From sequence record SRR16203515_2665: DNA of 58,543 nt; one strand, given 5' to 3'. The notes under the pieces are model-generated. The model had not been told where the DNA came from. It saw nothing but the letters and a program-made list of their open reading frames with translations, and searched no databases. Positions 57,767 through 58,543 of the stretch are shown piece by piece. Position numbers and translations under genes: made by a program. The stretch's first letter is position 1. The number at the start of each line of letters is the position of its first letter.

Positions 57767-58543
57767 TCACTCACAACTCTTCTGCCCAGTCTCAGGGTCA
57801 AAGTAGCAAGCCTCTGCATTGTTCTCTTCTTCTTTAGGCGCATTAAGCACACCATAGCGTTTACCCGCCGCACGGAATGTCGTGATGCCTTTGCATCCCA
57901 GCTTCCAAGCATTTAGGTATAGGTCTTTGAACTCATCGTAAGTGACATCATCACCCACGTTGCAGGTCTTAGAGACTGCGCTGTCGACATACTTAGCCGC
58001 CAATGCCAGCACCATCAGGTGTTCCTGTGCTGTAATTTCGTTGGCTGTTCGTCCACTCACACCTTGGCTGTAAGCATAATCCTCAACACGCTCGACCTGT
58101 GTGCCGTCAAACTGTGTGATTGAACGGTCATAGTAGAGCATGAATGGCGGTTCGATGCCCGATGAAACATTATCAGCCACCAAGCTAATCGTGCCTGTAG
58201 GCGCAATACTGGTGAGGTGTGAGTTACGAATACCGTTCTCGCTAATCTTCTCAAGAACCCACAAAGGCAAGGTCTGTACGAAGGGTGCATCTAGGTATTC
58301 GTCAAAATCGAAGAGGGGGAACGGACCCTTTTCGCCAGCCAATTCTGCGCTACTTGCATAGGTGTAGTCCCGAAGAGTGATTAAAATTTGCTCCGCAAAC
58401 TCTAGGAACTCAGGGCTGGCATACGCTTTTCCTATCATCTCTCCTGCATTTGCCAGTCCCGTAATGCCCAAGCCCATGCGACGTTTGTTGTGCGCCTCAA
58501 TGCGCTGCTGTGGCAGAGGGTAAATGGTACGGTCAATTACGTT
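57767..58543 (-). CDS. nrdJ: Class II (adenosylcobalamin) ribonucleotide reductase, C-terminal part
   Basis: NVID..YPLP..KRRMGLG, IAPTGTIS, SSGIEP, DSAVSKT, KGITTFR, C-terminal Cys pair; open to the edge. Confidence 0.88.
   Translation of the reverse strand, partial: NVIDRTIYPLPQQRIEAHNKRRMGLGITGLANAGEMIGKAYASPEFLEFAEQILITLRDYTYASSAELAGEKGPFPLFDFDEYLDAPFVQTLPLWVLEKISENGIRNSHLTSIAPTGTISLVADNVSSGIEPPFMLYYDRSITQFDGTQVERVEDYAYSQGVSGRTANEITAQEHLMVLALAAKYVDSAVSKTCNVGDDVTYDEFKDLYLNAWKLGCKGITTFRAAGKRYGVLNAPKEEENNAEACYFDPETGQKSCE

Larger units (their letters stand above)
28601..58543 (-). mobile_element. Integrated T7-like (Autographiviridae-type) podovirus prophage, continuing beyond the right edge
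   Basis: Starts at the tRNA 3' end with an integrase; T7-order structural module on the minus strand; visibly AT-richer than the host part. Confidence 0.93.

Noticed and set aside
57767-58543. B12-dependent RNR as a novelty
   Set aside because: Class II RNRs are common in phages of marine Rhodobacterales.

Overview
The window has two parts. (1) 1-28600 is chromosome of a Rhodobacterales (Roseobacter-like) alphaproteobacterium. It holds a sugar-acid catabolic cluster starting with a RuBisCO-like protein and a DUF1537 kinase (damaged by an apparent deletion and a frameshift), tRNA-Asn, a CAT-anticodon tRNA, purM/purN, rnd, sufE, corrinoid/bmt genes, a LexA-boxed radical SAM gene, purC/S/Q, dctB/dctD-like genes, dsbB and tRNA-Leu(CAA). 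(2) From 28601 to the right edge is an integrated T7-like (Autographiviridae-type) podovirus prophage on the minus strand. Its order is class II RNR, portal, scaffold, capsid, tail tubes A/B, internal virion proteins, decad-repeat tail fibre, lysis-type membrane proteins, terminase, joined genome ends, early genes, a long MarR-like regulator, and two tyrosine integrases each flanked by a small Xis/RDF-like gene. The most notable signal is a candidate lysogeny control circuit in this normally lytic phage type: two perfect alphaproteobacterial LexA boxes in phage intergenic DNA, a repeated operator-like palindrome, three copies of a T7-like phage promoter (GGTTGYACTAWGG), hairpins with anti-Shine-Dalgarno loops, and a duplicated RDF-like gene. 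All family calls come from motif recognition; no database search was run.
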